Shown: piece by piece, positions 61,308 to 64,000 of the stretch | How positions within the stretch are numbered: position 1 is the stretch's first letter | Layout of the letters: each line of letters starts with the position of its first letter | Assembly: GCA_965645245.1 (NCBI GenBank) | Contig: OZ287080.1 | Coordinates: 1,674,001-1,738,000 of the forward strand | Source: Massalongia carnosa | Taxonomy: Eukaryota | Length of the DNA: 64,000 nt | Direction: 5' to 3' | Translations under genes and position numbers: made by a program | Notes under the pieces: model-generated | What the model saw: the letters and a program-made list of their open reading frames with translations, nothing else | What the model was told of the DNA's origin: nothing | Database searches by the model: none

Positions 61308-61732
61308 ATTTTTAGCGTGCACATGTCGGCCGAGGGAAATTCTACTTCCCAGCTGTCAGTGTCTTCGGAGTCGCCAAAATGAACCAAGAACTCTCCGTCC
61401 TCACCGGAGCATCGGCCGGGGCTAGCGAAGCGTTCATTGTGGTACCCTTCGAGCTTATCAAGATCAGGCTTCAGGATCAGGTTGGGAGGGAATTCTTTAC
61501 AGTCGCGACAAGATACGGCCAAGCGCTCTACCGCCGACGCGACGCTCGCCAAACAGCTGCGCGGAGCGGCCGACGAGCTAGCCGAGATCGACTTCACCGT
61601 GCGCAGTTCTGCATTTTTAATGCTTGACTTTTTGCTCAATTTCCAGCTTTTCGATGGCTAGCTCGGGGGCTCAATGGTCTGCTCGGTGCTGCAAAACGTC
61701 GCCAAGATGCTTCAATAGCCCATTCAGTCCGT
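61308..61732 (+). other. 425-bp foreign insertion in the 5' LTR, containing a fragment of a mitochondrial 2-oxodicarboxylate carrier (ODC-like) exon
   Basis: Absent from the partner LTR; encodes MNQELSVLTGASAGASEAFIVVPFELIKIRLQD with the carrier motif Px[DE]xx[KR]x[RK]. Confidence 0.8.
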
Positions 61733-62985
61733 GAACTCCTAAACATAATCTGCCGTGGTGCGCTAGCCAGTCAAGCGACGCGCGCTACTGCTTAGGCGAG
61801 TCACGCTGTCCCGTGACCACCAGAGCATGTCGGGTCAGGCCAGGACCTGACAGATTACCCCCCCATTCAACCCATTTGACGCAGCCATTGGAGGTTGGTA
61901 TTTTTCAGCCAATGAAATATTATCATGTTGAAGCGGTTGACAACGCCATTCGGTTGAGTGACGTTGACTTCAATCGTCTGGATTTTCTGGCCCCATTCAA
62001 TCAATTTCGTACAAAGGTATTCAAATCTGCCTGGGAAAAAACTGGGTTGATATATTACAATCCGGAGGTAGTCTTGACCAAAATTCGTGCTTTAAATCCG
62101 GCATTACCACCACTACCAATATTATCTTCGGAGACAAAAATCCTACCTCATACCCCCAAAAAGCCCAAAGACGTTGCTAAGGAAGGGGAAATATTTTTCA
62201 ACGAATGAATAATAATGAAGAAATTACTCCAGAAAGAATGCGACGTTTTATCAAAGGGTCGGTTGCAAACGCTAGTTTACTAGAATTGACGCAACGCGAC
62301 TTGCAAGCCACACATACAGCTGCATTAGCTAAAAGGGCCCGAAAAAAGCTTGCTGGCACCGTTGTTCAGAAGGGAGGAATCGTTACCGTTCGATATGTGA
62401 GGCACAATCACCTACATCGTACCCAAGAAGAGGTGGGAAGGGAAGGGGGTCGTCAAAAGCGTGCTGAGACGGCTAGACAAAAGAAAATATTTCTCTATAG
62501 AAAAGCGATAGCTAAACGGTTTGGCTTGGTAGGTAAAAAAGCCGAAAGCTGGATATGTGACGAAGCGAGATAGTGAATAGATTTTTACCATTGCGCCACC
62601 TATCCTCCCGACCAAAAGACACAATACTTAGTCCGCAGACCAAGCTCTATTCTACTATAACTGGGACTCCTGCTATGTTCGCTGTAGGTCCTGCCGTCCG
62701 CACCACGCATGGTCGAACCTTACAGGATAGATGAATATCAACCTTTGATTTTAAATAGCTTCATTTTGAAAGGGTCAATCAAAATGCGTCCTGGAGATGA
62801 TAGCGTCATGGAGGTGAGCCGCACCCCTAGCTCCACTCGGGGTGCGGTCCATCGGATTTACCTCGGTCGCACAGTTAGTACGATAGATAATATAAGGTAA
62901 GATTGAATCGTCGATTGTTTTTTTTTTAAATTTTGTTGTATTCGTTTATAATATTCTCATGATTATTTTCTAAATAAATCATAAC

Positions 62986-64000
62986 TGTCATGAAATGCCT
63001 CCGACCTCACCACGTGCCTCTATCACGTGCCTTGATCTGATGACTACTCACGGACGTCGTGCCATGCCTTCGGGACCCTCATATCATTCTTCGAATTCGC
63101 CGATTACTGATCATTAATCAGCCTCGCATTGATGATTTATTCCCGTCTTTCGACTATTATCATGTCTAATAGCTTCGCATTGATGTTTGACATCTCCCGT
63201 CTCCTCGCTGACCCCATCGTGCTTATTGCCGCTATAATGCCCCTCATTCATCATCGCACTGACTAGACATCATTCGCCGCCACCCTAGAAAGATGAATAT
63301 GGGAGGACAAAGATATAAGAAAGAAGTCGAATCATGGAAGTTCTGATTCTTTGTCGAACGTCTTGAATAGCCAACCTAGCCTAGCCTAGATTCATAGCTA
63401 TAGACTCAATCAATAAGCTTGACCATCAACCCACCTTGCCTTTGCCCTTGCCCTCGACCTGATTTCGTGACATTACGTTCGACCAACATTCAAAAGTGCC
63501 TTCCATAGCATTTTCCCTCATCTCCCTTTATCTCATTCCCCCTCAATCATGTCTTCAGCAGAAGAGAACCTCTCCGAGCTGGATAAGCGTATTCGATTCA
63601 TTCAGGAACGTCTTCAGGCAGACCCTCAGCAATTCCTGAGTCAAATGGACAACCTAGAAGCCGAAGTAAACCAACTTCGCAACAATGCCAATACCCCTTC
63701 TATTTCCGAGCCCATACCTATCTCAAATCCACCCCCCCCTACCTTGGATCCGCAAATCATGGCCATGATGCAGCTGCTCCTGGCGTCAAAAAACTCCCTC
63801 ATCCGCTCCGAAAAGCTCCCGGACATCACGGAGTATGAGGGCGAAGAAGTCAAGCTGGATGCGTGGGAGCAGTCCCTGATTCAAAGAATGCATGTCAACA
63901 ATGATCGATACCCGTTCGATCAAGCCAAAATTGCCTACGCCGAAAGCCGACTCACCATAGGCAAAAAGGCTCATAACCTAATGAATGCGTACAGGGTCGA
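62986..64000 (+). mobile_element. 5' end of another Ty3/Gypsy element: LTR 62986-63472, gag from 63549 running off the window
   Basis: TGTCA...TGACA; gag IRSEKLPDITEYEGEE...WEQSLIQRMHVNNDRYP is homologous to the gag at 53195-54475. Confidence 0.9.

Larger units (their letters stand above)
55063..61852 (-). mobile_element. Full-length but disabled Ty3/Gypsy chromovirus; LTRs 55063-55269 and 61223-61852; TSD GATTA
   Basis: Near-identical LTRs; GATTA on both flanks; PPT AGAAGGGGGTAG; gag with CWACRGSGH knuckle; PR LVDNGS; RT YLDD; RNase H ETDSSD; integrase DGQTE; chromodomain EEWEILEIVD. Confidence 0.96.
54992..62653 (+). mobile_element. Fot1/pogo-like (DDE_1) transposon remnant, split by the Gypsy insertion
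   Basis: The flanks rejoin as YGSHLTYGFEEYSKENKICLFRL|PPHSTHLTQPLEVGIFQPMK and continue to KSAWEKTGL; the 5' part is missing. Confidence 0.82.

Overview
Eukaryotic DNA from a filamentous ascomycete (Pezizomycotina), judged from short GT-AG introns with CTAAC/CTGAC branch sites and the gene families present. The first ~5 kb is degenerate or non-coding. From 5 to 37.5 kb is a core-gene block: SRP19/SEC65, TAF4, YSH1/CPSF73, a LAMMER kinase, sideroflexin, tRNA-Arg(UCG), an OSGIN-like flavoprotein, a YVC1-like TRP channel and a secreted protein. An intact Mutator/MULE transposon interrupts this block. From ~38 kb to the end is a nested transposon graveyard. Its most interesting content is a frameshifted gene with the full architecture of Spok spore-killer meiotic drivers (coiled coil, PD-(D/E)xK nuclease, Cys cluster, kinase). 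It lies directly downstream of a CryptonF tyrosine-recombinase copy that forms a 2.15-kb inverted repeat with a second Crypton copy. Other notable items are a Tc1-like DD38E element and a MITE with CAC ends and 5-bp non-TA target duplications, a near-perfect palindromic LTR, three self-priming Gypsy elements, and a mitochondrial-carrier gene fragment captured inside one LTR. All family calls come from motif recognition by eye; no database searches were run.
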